Shown in pieces: positions 26,975 to 41,061 of a DNA stretch of 64,000 nucleotides. How positions within the stretch are numbered: position 1 is the stretch's first letter; every line of letters begins with the position of its first letter. The translations under genes and the position numbers were made by a program. Source of the DNA: Octopus vulgaris (lineage: Eukaryota); assembly GCA_951406725.2 (NCBI GenBank), contig OX597817.1, forward strand, positions 60,698,001-60,762,000, written 5' to 3'. The notes beneath the pieces are model-generated. The model did no database searches. It worked only from the letters and a program-made list of their open reading frames with translations, and was not told the origin of the DNA.

Positions 26975-28026
26975 ATACATACATACATACATACATACAT
27001 ACATACATACATACATACATACATACATCATACATACGTGCACATATATGTGTGTGTGTGTGTGTGTATACATATATATAATAAACTCGGTTTCGCTTGG
27101 CTCCATTATAATGCACGTCGTTATTTGCCTGTCACTGGCGATATACAAGGTTTCCTAGTGTGGAATGGTATGGAATAGATACAGTTTATTTTTTATATAC
27201 ACAGGTAATGGGCCTACATTTAGTTAATTGTAAATAAAACACAAAAAATAGGAAAACTAAGAAAAAGGTTATTGAGATAAGTATACACATGTTCGCGTAA
27301 GCACACACACATCGAGGCAGGCATACACATATGGTCATGCGGACACACAGACACACAAATACACCCTCCCGCACCGATATTATTAAATAAAGTTAAAAAA
27401 CGATAAAACAATCTCGTCAGAGACGAACAGACAGCGGCAAACTATAATTCACCAGCATCCAAACTTTAAACAGGTAAGATCTGAAACAGGTAACATTTTT
27501 CACATCGATCCGGAAAAATCGAACCTTAGGTTGATTAGTCTGGGTCGATGTAAAATATCTCACGTGTTTTTAATTTTATTCTCTGACAAAATTTTGCCGA
27601 AACAGCTGTCGTAAGTTTTTAACGCCATTTTTATTTTATTTTTTATACCTATGCTACACCGACGGCAAACTCCATAGTCGGATCCGTGGTTTAAACTGGA
27701 TTTGATATTTGCAAATCTATAGTATCCTACCAAGGCTTGATGACTTATTTACTTCATTCTGTGATATATGTTATCGTACCTAACCATTTCCAGCGTCTTA
27801 CGTGCTGATGCGCCTTGATTCAGCACAGAGTTTTGTCAGTGAACAGGTCGCGGTCTCAAAGCGACGAAAATATTTTGATAAATTAAATTTAAATGTTGAA
27901 GTGAATTTAACGGTTTTGTGTGTTTCTTAAATGGCCTATAAACGCCTTCCACGCTGCAATTGTTTCCGTTCCAGAACACGATCTCAGATCAGGTCACTTG
28001 CTATGCAAATACATCTCCGTAAAAAC

Positions 28027-28104
28027 AAAGTAGAAAATACTAAAAAATTTTATCATGAAGTACAATGTACTCCATGATAGAATTATTTTAGCATTTTCTA
28101 CTTT
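28027..28104. repeat. Imperfect ~78-bp palindrome
   Basis: AAAGTAGAAAATACTAAAAAATTTTATCATGAAGTACA-A-TGTACTCCATGATAGAATTATTTTAGCATTTTCTACTTT. Confidence 0.85.
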
Positions 28105-28171
28105 CTTTTTTTTTTCCTGAAACATGTGTGTGTGTGTGTGTGTGTGAGTGTGTGTGTGTGTATTCTTATTC

Positions 28172-28402
28172 TTTTATTCTTTTACTTGTTTCAGTTATTT
28201 GATTGCGGCCATGTTGGAGCACCGCATTTTGTCGAACTTATCGACCCCAGGACTTATTTTTTGTAAGCCTAGTTCTTATTCTATTGGTTTCTTTTGCCGA
28301 GCCGCTAAGTTACGGAGTCGTAAACTGACCAACAGCGGTTGTCAAGCGAGCGATGGTGGTGGGGGAGGGGGGCAATCACAGACACACAAATACATACATG
28401 TT

Positions 28403-28457
<55 letters not shown>

Positions 28458-28617
28458 GACGGGCTTTAAGTTTCCGCCTACCAAATCCACTCACAAGGCT
28501 TTGGTTGGCCCGAGGCTGTAGTAGAAGACACTTGCCCAAGGTTCCACGTAATGGGACTGAACCGGGAACCATGTGGTTGGAACACAAGCTTCTTATCACA
28601 CAGCCACTCCTGCGCCT
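28172..28617 (-). mobile_element. SINE family 2, full length
   Basis: Same head, microsatellite and tail layout as 4250-4702. Confidence 0.9.
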
Positions 28618-29512
28618 ATATGTATATATATGTGTGTGTGTGTATGTGTGTATGTGTGTGTGTGTATACTCTATAGAAAGAGAGACACGGGAGCGAATTT
28701 TTCTTGGTAAATGCAAAGATGGTGACGGCGTATTGCTGTTCAAGAATGAAGGTAAGAAGTATCTTCGCCCTCTCTACTCTCTCCCTTTCTCCCCACCTCT
28801 CTCTCTCTCTCTCTTTCTCTTCTCTCCCTCCCTCCCTCCCTATCTTCCCACCTCTGCTTATAACCTCTCTCTCTCTTTCTTTGTCTACGTCGCTGCTGTT
28901 GCCGCCGCTCCAGTTTCTATTTTCCTCGACATTCTCAACCATTAGACATTTCCTGACAAAAACAGCTGGTCGTAGCTAATGAGTTATTATCATAATGATG
29001 TTTTGTCGCAATTAGCTTCGCTAGCTGCACACTTTTCATTCCTGATATTGAATAGCCATACCACTGTGTCTCGTGCCATAAAAACCATACCATTACACCA
29101 GCAGGAAACTTCCACCACCACCACCACCACCATACCAATACAATGCCACTAACGTCATCACATTATCAACCAATAAAACAACCCCATCAATAACACAGGT
29201 CTTGAGAGGACTATTATATGGTGGTTCGAATTGCTGGAAATAGCAGCCTAGTCTCTATCAAAGAAATGGCAGACAACAAATGACATTACCGATGGAATGG
29301 TCACAACTTGTAAGCCCTCGCCATTACTTGAACTTGGAACGTAAAAAACCGGAAGAAATGCCGCTAAGCATTTTGTCCGACGCACTCGGGATTCTACCAT
29401 GTCGATATTATACTTCCAAAGCGCGAGAAGCTGCTTGAATCGTCAGCCTATTCTACCAATCCCCTTACCAAAAAACTGAAGATCTTTTGCCAAAATTTGA
29501 AACAATGAAATG

Positions 29513-29748
29513 CAGTAATCCCTCGCCTTATCGCGGTTCACCTATTGCGGTTCACCTATCGCGGTTTATTATCTGAGCTTACGTCGATTCCTCCGAGGTG
29601 TTGTTTTGCATTTACTATAAAATAAATATGTACAAATTATGAAAATAATAAAAAAATATATACAGTACAGTACTGTTTCTACTTCGAATTTTCAGCTATC
29701 GCGGTGGGGTTTTGAAACGGAAAATCCGCAATAGTCGAGAGATTACTG
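29513..29748. mobile_element. Tc1/mariner (pogo/Tigger-like) MITE
   Basis: TIRs CAGTAATCCCTCG ... CGAGAGATTACTG followed by TA; internal TATCGCGGT subrepeats. Confidence 0.8.
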
Positions 29749-30174
29749 TAGACCTAAAGAAAGTTTTTTTTGTCAGGTGGTTCCAATTGAGAGCGACGAC
29801 ATTAATTTCACTGGATGTTTGTTCGTTCCCAAGCTAAACTTCATCGTAGGTGACACTTTATCAAGAATTTTGACATTATGTAGCAAGCACAGCTAAGAAA
29901 GGGGGAAAAAACCTATGTTCTATAGCAAAGTTAAACATATTCTTTCTTTCTTTTTATCTCCAACATTTAGTTGTGTTGTTACACATGCAGCTGGATATCG
30001 TCCAACGCTCACCGAAACACTGCAACATACAATAAAACGCCTGTTTCTTCTACCTAGTCTTTGAAGGGTCATCTTTCTACATTGCATTGTCCGCTTAGAT
30101 TTTAGCGTAAAAAGTGATACATCGACCATATTTATCTGGCGTTCATGCATTATATGTGATAAACATTCCCAATT

Positions 30175-30324
30175 TTTTTCAACCCCTAGAGTAACTTGGG
30201 ACTTATACAAAGAAAGCTTTATATTACTCAGAATATATTGAGCAAGGGTTAATTAAAAGTCTGTAAAGAAGCATCAATGTTTATGACAAACTTATGAAAA
30301 TGCATTGGGCAGGCAAAGGGTTAA
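30175..30324. mobile_element. piggyBac-like MITE end
   Basis: Ends GGCAAAGGGTTAA; homologous to 59740-59885. Confidence 0.6.
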
Positions 30325-30544
30325 GTGAAACGTAGTCTGAGCAAAGCCAGCGTTTGTTCATGCCAGTGTTTTCGTATCTATACGCCGAGCGAGGAATTGA
30401 AGTGAAAGCAACAGGTGATTATATCGACCCCTGTGCATAACTGATACCTTTTTATCGATACTGGTCAGGGAAAAGTAACTTAGACCTTAGGACATAAAGA
30501 ATCGAACCAAACATCCGACGCTCTAATGACTCCATGCATCCACT

Positions 30545-30586
<42 letters not shown>

Positions 30587-30845
30587 AATAATAATTAGAA
30601 TAACAATTGCTTCTAATTTGGGTAAAAGACCAATAAATTTGAGAGAACATTGGTTGATTACATGGACCCCAGAATATGACTGGAATTATATTGTCGATTC
30701 TGGGGAATGACAGGCAATGACTACCTTGGCGATATTTGAATTCAGCAAGACACACCGATGCTCTAACGATTCGGCCAATCTAATGAAAATATTTCTTTAC
30801 TAGCCGAAAGGGCTCATACATACATACATACATACATACATACAT

Positions 30846-31432
30846 GGCTGCCCCCTCGGTATCGAGTATGGCCATTGAAAGAAGCTTAACTGTTACTGAT
30901 GCTGTGATCGAATGTGACTTTTTAGCCCAGCTAAAGATCTACAATGTCTTGTACAAAATTGGCAATTAAAACCTTTAGTGGTAATAGCCGGCTGTAGTTG
31001 TAACTGGGCTTCATATACCTTTGCATGTCGTTTAAGTCCTCCTGCCAAATTACACTCTCTTCCACATGCCCAACAGATATGATTAGTTTGGTGTGTTACA
31101 CCACCACCAGTGGCCAGGTTGTCACTCTTCTGTCTCGTTTTATGACTACGAAGATGACTCATGAGTCCAGTTTTACTGAGGCAGGGTCTTGCACAGACAT
31201 TGCATGTCAGAATCAAAGGAAGACCCTTCCCTTCTGGAAGTGTAACAGCGATGCCCTTCCTGACATTCCTCCTTACTTTCTCATGTGCAACTCGGGATTT
31301 CTCAAACGTGGCTGTCCCCTCATGCACAATCCTTCTCCACCTGCTACGATCAATAGCTATGCCTTCCCATGAGTCAGGAGAGATGCAAGCATCTCTTAAG
31401 GAAGCCTTCAGCAAGTTCTTATACCTCTTTTT

Positions 31433-31435
<3 letters not shown>
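30846..31435 (-). mobile_element. RTE-clade LINE 3' end with three C2H2-type zinc fingers, in (TACA)n
   Basis: Open frame KRYKNLLKASL..WEGIAIDRSRWRRIVHEG (RTE C-terminus) then CNVC..H..H, CWAC..H and CQFC..H...H; stop at 30893. Confidence 0.88.
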
Positions 31436-31464
<29 letters not shown>

Positions 31465-32081
31465 CATACATACATACATACATACATACATACATACATA
31501 CATACATACATACATACATACATACATACACATACACACACATACACACATACATACATACATACACACATACATACATACATACATACATACATACATA
31601 CATACATACATACATACATACATAGCAACAAGTCGCGTATTTGAGGTAGGAGATTAATTATCGAAATACAATGAGCCCTCTGTCCAGCTTTGAATCCATT
31701 GCTATCAACCCTGTTATATAACTGATTAATCTTTAGATGAATTAATTGGGAGAAGCTTTTATTGAAAATCGTAGTGATTTTCGACTGAAGCTTGATTTTT
31801 ACCATGCATGACTGGACATACAGAAAGAAAACAACAAAGAAACAGGGAAACCAAGATTCTTTCTCGCTGCAGTTATTGAAGAAACCGTAACTACAAAACA
31901 TATTTTTCTTGGAGCTACGAAGTGAATAATGATTTATTTAACTGTTACAAGTGAGTGAAACAAAACTTCGCTGCTGTACATATATGAATAGGTTGAAAGC
32001 ATACTGCGATGATCTGTAAGCAGAACTAAATTTGTTTTATTGCAAAACAATTATGCTAACAAGCAAGCAATATTTATGGAA

Positions 32082-32409
32082 GAGTGAGGGCGCGTGGCTT
32101 AGTGGTTAGGGCATTCGGCTCATGATCGTAAGGTTGTGAGTTCGATTCCCGGCGACGCGTTGTGTCCTTGAGCAAGACACTTTATTTCACGTTGCTCCAG
32201 TCCACTCAGCTGGCAAAAATGAGTTGTACTTGTATTTCAAAGGGTCAGCCTTGTCACTCTCTGTGTCACGCTGATTATCCCCGAGAACTACGTTAAGGGT
32301 ACACGTGTCTGTGGAATGCTCAGCCATTTGCACGTTAATTTCACGAGCAAGCTGTTCCGTTGATCGTATCAGCTGGGACCCTCGTCGTCGTAACCGGCGG
32401 AGTCTTTTA
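32082..32409 (+). mobile_element. tRNA-derived SINE family 4, full length with TSD
   Basis: A box TGGCTTAGTGG, B box GTTCGATTCCC, TGTGTCCTTGAGCAAGACACTT; ATTTATGGAA at 32072-32081 and 32410-32419. Confidence 0.92.
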
Positions 32410-32889
32410 ATTTATGGAACATGGAAAGAAAGTTGGTGAATGTAATTTTATTTAGAAAAAATCTGAAATTAATCTTCTCCTAAACGTGAACGATGTGAGA
32501 ATACCATGTTTTCACAATTAGAGACATTCTAAAAGATACTACTCTCCCTACCACCTGAAATACAGTATAGGCTAAAGTAACTGACCACTGTCCCTCTATT
32601 GCAACTATTGTAAATAGCAGGCACAACCGTAACGATCATTCTAGTCGTAAAAACCAAGGTTATATATCGGTGAAACAGGCCCTTAATAAACTTTTTCAAC
32701 AAAAAGTAACTTGGGCTTTGAAGTCTCGAAAGTCAAATACCAGCAGACGCGTTAATGAAATTGGAGACGAGTTCTTACAGCAGGGTGATGATCCCTCGTT
32801 CTGGCAGATTATCTATCTATATTCCCTGTACATGAGCAACACTGAAAAATTAAACAAAACCGAAACAACGAAGGCAGTACCATCATGAG

Positions 32890-34810
32890 TTTTGAAGATA
32901 GAGAAAGCTGATGTAGAGAAGACCATCAGCTGTGTGACAATGCTTATTGCGTCACATACAAGCAAATAACTGTCTCACCAACAAATAGTGAATAAGTAGA
33001 GAGAAGTGATGTTTGGAGATAGCAAAGAGAGGACACTCACTTTCAAACTGATCGCTCTCGAGCAGGAGCTAAGGGCTGTCCGTGAGAAACTCGGACATTA
33101 GAGGAGAATAACCGAGAGAAAAGTAATAAACAAAAAGTTCAACCGGAACCGGGCAGCAGTATACAGAGACATGAAAGGGGAAGAAGTGAATATCACAGAA
33201 GCTCTTTCACGAGAAGACATAGACTCCTTCTGGAGAAAAATCTGGAGCGAAAAGATGGGGTTTAACCAAGATTCTCCGTGGCCGGAAGAAATTCGAGGAC
33301 GATATTGTCCTTGCATTACACCTAAGACATGCAGCATTGATGGTGATACCCTTATGACTGTAATCCAGAAACTTCAGGATGGGAAAGTATCTGGAAGAGA
33401 CTTAATTGTTGGATACTGGAACAATAAGCTAGTCTTCTGCCGATCATATCTTAACAAACTGGTTAGCTTTGGCAGAAATAAAACTGATCCGCGAAAGCAG
33501 AACCACCCACATGCTAAAGAAGAATTAATATAAAATATATACAACATGTTTAAACCTCTGCCTCCGGGACTATTGTGAATGTAATAACATCACCACAGTA
33601 GAAGAGGCAGCGAATTAGTGAGTCTGGGGATGTGCCGAGCAATTGTTAATAAACAAAACTGTTATGTCAGCTATGCGAGAGCATAAGAGGTACCTAGTTT
33701 CAATGCGGCTGGACAAGAAAACCTTTGACTCTGTCCCACACTCATGGATGCTAGAAGCTCTTCGACACGCTAAAGTTCCAGAGAGCATAGTCAAAGCCAT
33801 AGCTGATATGACTTCATCGTGGGCCATCATCTTGAAGTTAAATACAAAAAGCGATTGTATTGATGCCGATAAAATACAGTACAACAGAAGTGTATTCCAA
33901 GGGGACAACCTTTCTGTGATGTTCATACTTTCTGTAAACCCCTTGTCATTCATGTCAAAGATGTATGAGAAGAATCTCACTGGTTCACAACCAAAGTTAC
34001 ACGCTGCTTCTTTGAGGATGACTTGAAACTGTAAGCCAAGAATATGCATGAGAAGAAAAAGAGCCTTCATCTAGTTACAACATTCTCAGAGGTTTGGAGT
34101 TTGGTCAGGATGAATGTTACGATATGATTGTGAAAAGAGAGTAAACTGTAAACCAGATTAGAAGCCTTTCCATCAATGACTTAATTGATGAGGAATGTTA
34201 CAAGTATCTACGAGTGAATGAAAGCATATATTACAAAAGCACTCGTAACACAGGCACCCGTAACAAAGGCACCCGTAACACAACACGTGTCACTAAAGAA
34301 TATTACAACCAAATAAAGAAAATATATCTTACAACTCTCAGTATTCAATAAAACAGTTGCCCACAATGTGTTTGCAGCGCCAGTACTCGAACCAACATTT
34401 GGGCTGCTTGATTGGAGGCTTGATGAGATCCGAGCCATTGATGTGAAGACTGGGAAGATACAAACCAGGACACACAATATCCACGTCAACAGGGACGGGG
34501 AAGCCTCTACCTAAAACGAAAACTAAATTGCAAAGGCTAAATTAATCCAAAATTGCCTTTGAATGTCGGATCACATCCCTTCAGCAACATCTTTTAACTA
34601 GCAAGCGTCGAAGTGCATCCCTTGACCAAGTTTGCATACACGAGGCTGATAACACCATGAGACTTGGAAAACAGTTCCTAGGTTGAGAGGTTGAGAAGCA
34701 TTGGAAGACCGAGAAGATTAATGCTACTTTCGTCAGAGTCGTTTCTGGTCAGAACCAAGCAGAAAAGAATGGACTGAGTAAATTTAGCAATAACTAACCA
34801 ATAATGATTA
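32890..34810 (+). mobile_element. R4/Dong-clade reverse transcriptase pseudogene
   Basis: FWRKIWSE, GCAEQLLINK, DKKTFDSVPHSWMLEAL, FQGDNLS..FILSVNPLS, FEDDLKL; frameshifts and stops. Confidence 0.92.
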
Positions 34811-34816
34811 ACGCCT

Positions 34817-34850
<34 letters not shown>

Positions 34851-35029
34851 GTATATATACAAATATATATATATGTATATATATGTATATATACAAATAT
34901 ATATATATATATATATATATTTATTTATATATATATATATATAGATAGATAGATATATAGATATATATGTATACATATATATATATGCATATATATATAT
35001 TTGTGTGTATGTGTGTATGTATACATATA

Positions 35030-35080
<51 letters not shown>

Positions 35081-35112
35081 GTATATATATATGTATATAT
35101 ATATGTATATAA

Positions 35113-35162
<50 letters not shown>

Positions 35163-35558
35163 GTATATACACATACACACGAGCACACAATACGTGCACG
35201 TGTTTAAGCATAAATCTTTCCCCCTTCTCCTTGGCTCTCTCAATCTCTCTTTTCCTCACCCTCTTCACACGCACACATATACATCTTCCTGTTAGTCGGA
35301 TGAAGCGATGTGATATGACGAAATAATTCCATCCGTAGAGTACTTAACCGATTTTGAAATGCTCCAATGCATCAAAGGTAGAACAACGTGACAGCAGGTG
35401 ATTACCAGAAGATGGTAAAAACATAAAAACATAAAAAAAAACTTTAAAAAAAAAACACCCCAACAAAAACAACAAAAAATACTAGCGCAAATCAACATGT
35501 ATTCTTTGAAACTTTTTACTCATTCGGTTTGTGTGTGCGTGTATACATATATAGATAC

Positions 35559-35610
<52 letters not shown>

Positions 35611-35780
35611 CGCACATGTATGTATGCATGTATGTATGTACAACATCTGCGGCAGAGGCTGCATGTGTGGAATATTCGACTCCACACTCGTCATTTCAGA
35701 TCTTACATTTGATCTACCTACCCAAATGCTCTCCATGGTCTACAGGAACGACGGATGCCAAATATGCATACATGTATTTA

Positions 35781-35885
<105 letters not shown>

Positions 35886-35908
35886 TTGTATATATATATA
35901 TATGTATA

Positions 35909-35969
<61 letters not shown>

Positions 35970-36339
35970 TATGTATGTATACACACACACATTACACATA
36001 CACATGTACGTAGCTTGAATTTCGTTATCTGACATAATACTCAGGGGATGGGATGGGTTGGCAGATATATTTTTAGTCGTGAGGGTGTTAATTAAACATA
36101 ACATTTATTTTTATGCCCCGCAGAAGATTGGAGATGTACTTTGAAGTGTTGCATTCTTGTGTGCACTCACTGCAACATCATCACAACCATACAGCTTGAG
36201 GTGTGATGTTTATGTAAGCGCTTCGTTGAAACGCGCATGAAACTGGATCTCAACCGGGGAAGAGTCGGCTCTTGCTGTGTCTCTCACTGCCTTTCTCTCC
36301 CTCTCTCTCAATATGTCTCTGTGTCTGTTGAACTACGTA

Positions 36340-36375
<36 letters not shown>

Positions 36376-36425
36376 TGTATGTATGTATGTATGTATGTAT
36401 GTATGTATGTATGTATGTAGGTATG

Positions 36426-36510
<85 letters not shown>

Positions 36511-36705
36511 TGTGTGTGTCTGTGTCTGTGTGTGTGTGTGTCTGTGTGTGTGTACGAAAGTGTCATCTTTCGCTGTCTCTGAATTTTTCTGTGTTTACTC
36601 TTACATACACACACACATACGCACAAACATATACATGGATGCATCATATTTGTATGTATACGTATAAAAATACATTTACATGTATATATATATATATATA
36701 TGTAT

Positions 36706-36746
<41 letters not shown>

Positions 36747-36897
36747 CATACATACATACATACCTATATACATATATGTATACATACGCACACGCACACG
36801 CACACGCACACGCACACACACACGCACACGCACACGCACACACATATATATACATACATACATACATCATATATTCATAGTAATGTACTGGTTTTCC

Positions 36898-36985
36898 TCT
36901 CAATTTCGTCACCATCAGCCTTAATCTCGTCAACTTCAACCTCAAATTCGACATTATGAGCCTCAATTCCCTTATCTTCTCCATT
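36898..36985. repeat. Degenerate 21-bp minisatellite (about 4 units)
   Basis: CTCAATTTCGTCACCATCAGC / CTTAATCTCGTCAACTTCAAC / CTCAAATTCGACATTATGAGC / CTCAATTCCCTTATCTTCTCC. Confidence 0.7.
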
Positions 36986-38317
36986 ACGTCATCTCCCTTT
37001 ATTCCATAACTGTCAACTTAAATATCGTCACTGTAGGATGATTCGATTTCTTTTTATGGACATACATTGACATCAGTGATTAATTATCGAAAAAAGCCTG
37101 TATCGAAAAGCAGTGTCTTCCTAACGGGCATTATATTACAATATCATTATAGTGCATAGTGTTGCAAATCTTAACAAATGTGAAATGCTTTATAAATGAA
37201 TTAACAAATGTCTACAATATCGAATTAGGTAAATTCATCTTTTATGTTTTTTAACTTTCATTAATAAAACTACGGCCATGCTATGACATCTTAAAGAAGC
37301 AAACGACTCCAGTAATTAGTTTTCAAATCCTGGTACATATTCTATTAGTCTCTTTTGCTGCCCCCTATTTTACGAAGACGTTATTTTCATAACTAAATAC
37401 ATCTATTCAAGTTATGACTGCCTAAGTATGCAGTAGTTTTCACTTTTTTCTGTTGGTGTGATAAATCTTTCTTAGAATTTTTCTCACAAACTTCGCCGAT
37501 CACAAATGTTTTTTATCGACTTGCACTTCCGGTCGGAAGCAAATTCATTTTCAATATTTCTAGTCTGTCATCAATTTAGCCTCTTTTCTGTTGTATCGTT
37601 TGCATTCAAATTAATACAGCAATAGGTCTGTGCGTTGCCTGTCAGATAATTCCGGGTTTTATTATTACTGAGTACTCAGGTGGAGAGCTGGCCGAAACGT
37701 TAGCACGCTTATCATCACTTCATCCATCTTTGAGTTCAAATTCCGCAGAGGTTGATTTTTTTTTTCTTATCTTTTCTGATTTTCATCCTTTCGGGGCCCA
37801 TGAGTTAAGTACCAGCTGTGCACTGTAATCGATTTACCTTCTCCCGCCAAATTTCAGACCTAAAGTAGAAAGGACTATTACTGCATTGTGTAACTTATTG
37901 TTCAACTCGCAAAATATATTAGTTTTATCAGGAAAGATCAAAGCTTTCTCGGTTTTTGTGCTTTGTTATGTCAGCATTGCGTTTGTATGGAGAGGAATTA
38001 AAATCTTCCAAATCTGAAAAAAATAAAACGGTTTCGTTCCTTGACATTTGATGACCATCTGCACATTCTTCTATCAAAATGTTGATGGACTTATCCTTTT
38101 CTTAAAAATCATAGAAGTATACCTTCCATATCAAAAGACTAAAGAGATCTATGCTCTCCAATAGACATCCGGTACAATGCTCATTCAACGGTATTGGAAT
38201 TGGTGGCTCGATGGGTATAGTAGAAGAGACACTTGCCCGAAGAGCCGCAGTGTGGGACCGAACCCGAAACCATGTGGTTACAAAGCTAGCTTGTTAATGA
38301 CATAGTCATGTCTATCT

Positions 38318-38550
38318 TATTTCTTTATTGTCCACAAGGGGCTAAACATAGAGGGGACAAACAAGGACAGACATACGGATTAAGTCGATTACATCGACTC
38401 TAGCGCTTAACCGGTCCTTAGTTTATCGACCCCGAAAGGATGAAAGGCAAAGTCGACCTCGGCGGAATTTGAACTCAGAACGTAACGGCAGACGTAATAC
38501 CGCTAAGCATTTCGCCCGGCGTGCTAACGTTTCTGCCAGCTCGCCGCCTT
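38318..38550 (-). mobile_element. SINE family 1, full length with 15-bp TSD, nested in an older family 2 head
   Basis: TAGTCATGTCTATCT at 38303-38317 and 38551-38565. Confidence 0.93.
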
Positions 38551-38793
38551 TAGTCATGTCTATCTGCTCCTATTTATACTAAAATCGACCAGAAATCGCC
38601 TCCACCCTTGTTCATCTAGTTTGTGACCTTGTGCTAAAAATCATAATACCAACATCTTTCCAGTTCACACAATTATTGCACAAACATCGCACAAGCATCA
38701 CGGATTGTTTCCCTCTTTCATGAAAGTTCTCGTTTTACAACTCGGACTAAAAAGAAAAACAAAAGCAATATCAGATTTTCTTTTTATCATTAT

Positions 38794-38841
<48 letters not shown>

Positions 38842-39420
38842 CCACACGCACCCCCACCCTTCCACATACAATTTCTTTTGTCTTACACATATCGCTTCAC
38901 CCTCTTCCTTTCCTTCATCTTTTCCCCATCTTCTTTTGTGCAATTTTATTTTTCACGTTTATTCATTTATATATTTATTTATCTCTTTTATTTTCTTTTG
39001 CTCCTGACTCTCTTCTGTATTTCGGTCTCCTATGCTAAAAAGCTTTACAGGAATATGCCATGCGCCAATGGCCACGTCAGATGCGTGGCCAATCCAATGT
39101 TTATTGTTCAGCTGTTAAACAGTTGCTGACTATTTGATGAGTTTCAGGCAATTCCTTGAAGGTTTTGCTTTTTCTTTGCTTCATTTTCAATGTATTTGTG
39201 TCTACACACGACAATGAATGTGTGTGAGTGTATGTGTGTGTGCGTGTATGATGTTGTTATATGCTGGGAGCATTTTTGCTAATATTTTTTAGTCGTTTGC
39301 TCCGTTTTTGGCGCATGATACTATTTCAAAACTACGGAACTGCTTTGCTGTCATCTCATCACTATATATTCTATAGTTGGGGATATACATACATATATGC
39401 AAAAATACATATTGGATATT

Positions 39421-39499
<79 letters not shown>

Positions 39500-39504
39500 A
39501 CTAA

Positions 39505-39543
<39 letters not shown>

Positions 39544-39854
39544 ATATATATTATATACACACACTCATGATATATATATATATATGCGTGTATGTGTATA
39601 TGTATGTAAATATATATATATATATATATAATGTATGTATATATATGTGTATGTATGTATGTATGTATGTATGTATGTATGTATGTATGTATGTATATTT
39701 ATGAATGTTGTAATCTTTGACTTAGTTATTTGAAAATATTTTAGCACCATCTTTATCTTAGACGTTTGAAAGCACTGTTTTCCCTAATTGTAAGAGAGAG
39801 AGAGGGGGGGAGAGAGAGAGAGGGAGAGAGAGAGGGAGCGATAGAGATAGCGAG

Positions 39855-39913
<59 letters not shown>

Positions 39914-40227
39914 GAGAGAGTCAGAGTAAAGTAAGGTATTTTGCTGAGCTAAATAAGTCCAGGCTTACTAGAAATACTTAGGAGTTATATATTTTCGTAA
40001 TACCCTGTACTGTGAACTAAAGCTTTCATTTTATTTTACTTTATTTATTTATTTTTTTTCGTTCTTATTTTCCTATCTTGTGTTTTGTACTTTTTTTTTG
40101 TTTCCGGTGCCAATTTAAAGATATTGCTACGACTTGGCAATTTACCGACGAGATAAGTTCAATTCGCTTAAAAACCTATCTTTGCACTGCCAGAAATAAA
40201 GAAATGATACACAAAGCAATATATGTT

Positions 40228-40590
40228 CTTTTACTTGATTCAGACTTTGGACTGAGGCCATGCTGGGGCGCCGCCTTGAAGCTATTAGTCAAACAAATCG
40301 ACCCTCAGGACTTATTCTTTTATCATATTCTCTTGCCGTACCGCTAAGTTACGTGGGCGTAAACAAACCAATACCGGTTATAAATCGGTAAGACAAAAAC
40401 AAACACATAGAGACATACATGCATACACACGCATGCACACACATATGTACGACGGGCTTCTTTCAGTTTCCATCTACCAAATTCACTCGCAAGGCTTTGG
40501 TTGTCTCGGAATTATAGTAGAAGACATTTGTCCAAGGGTAGTAGAACTGAACTCGAGACCACGAGGTTTCAAAGCGAGATTCTTAGCTGC
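40228..40590 (-). mobile_element. SINE family 2, diverged
   Basis: Tail GGCCATGCTGGGGCGCCGCC and head GACGGGCTTCTTTCAGTTTCC. Confidence 0.8.
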
Positions 40591-40774
40591 AAAAACATAG
40601 AAACAGCTAAAAAAAAAATCTGAAAAATTCTCGTTTTGTAATATTCTGATTTGATAAATTCCCAAATAAACCTGCTTTTAGACTGCTGTTCGAGTAAGGG
40701 ACCTTTTAGTGTCACTTTTAGTGGCCTAACTGATTTAGGATCAAACGCATGTCTGGAGTGATTTCTACACCTCA

Positions 40775-40939
40775 TATGTGTGGTTATGTCGTTAAGAAGC
40801 TAGCTTCTCAACTTAGTGGTTCCGGGTTCAGCCCTTGTCTGTGGCACCTTGAGCAAATCCGTTTTAATTCTATTATAATCGCAGACCAAACCAATGCCTT
40901 GTGGGTGGATTTGGTCGACGGAAACTGTGTGGAAACTCG

Positions 40940-40979
<40 letters not shown>

Positions 40980-41011
40980 ATACATATACACATACATGCA
41001 TACATATATAT

Positions 41012-41061
<50 letters not shown>

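Noticed and set aside
27410-28760. Isolated splice-donor-like sites (CAG|GTAAGA near 27473, AAG|GTAAGA near 28751)
   Set aside because: No matching acceptor or recognisable coding frame; expected by chance.
30893-31615. Host C2H2 zinc-finger gene
   Set aside because: The fingers follow RTE C-terminal motifs and the ORF start lies in a (TATG)n repeat.
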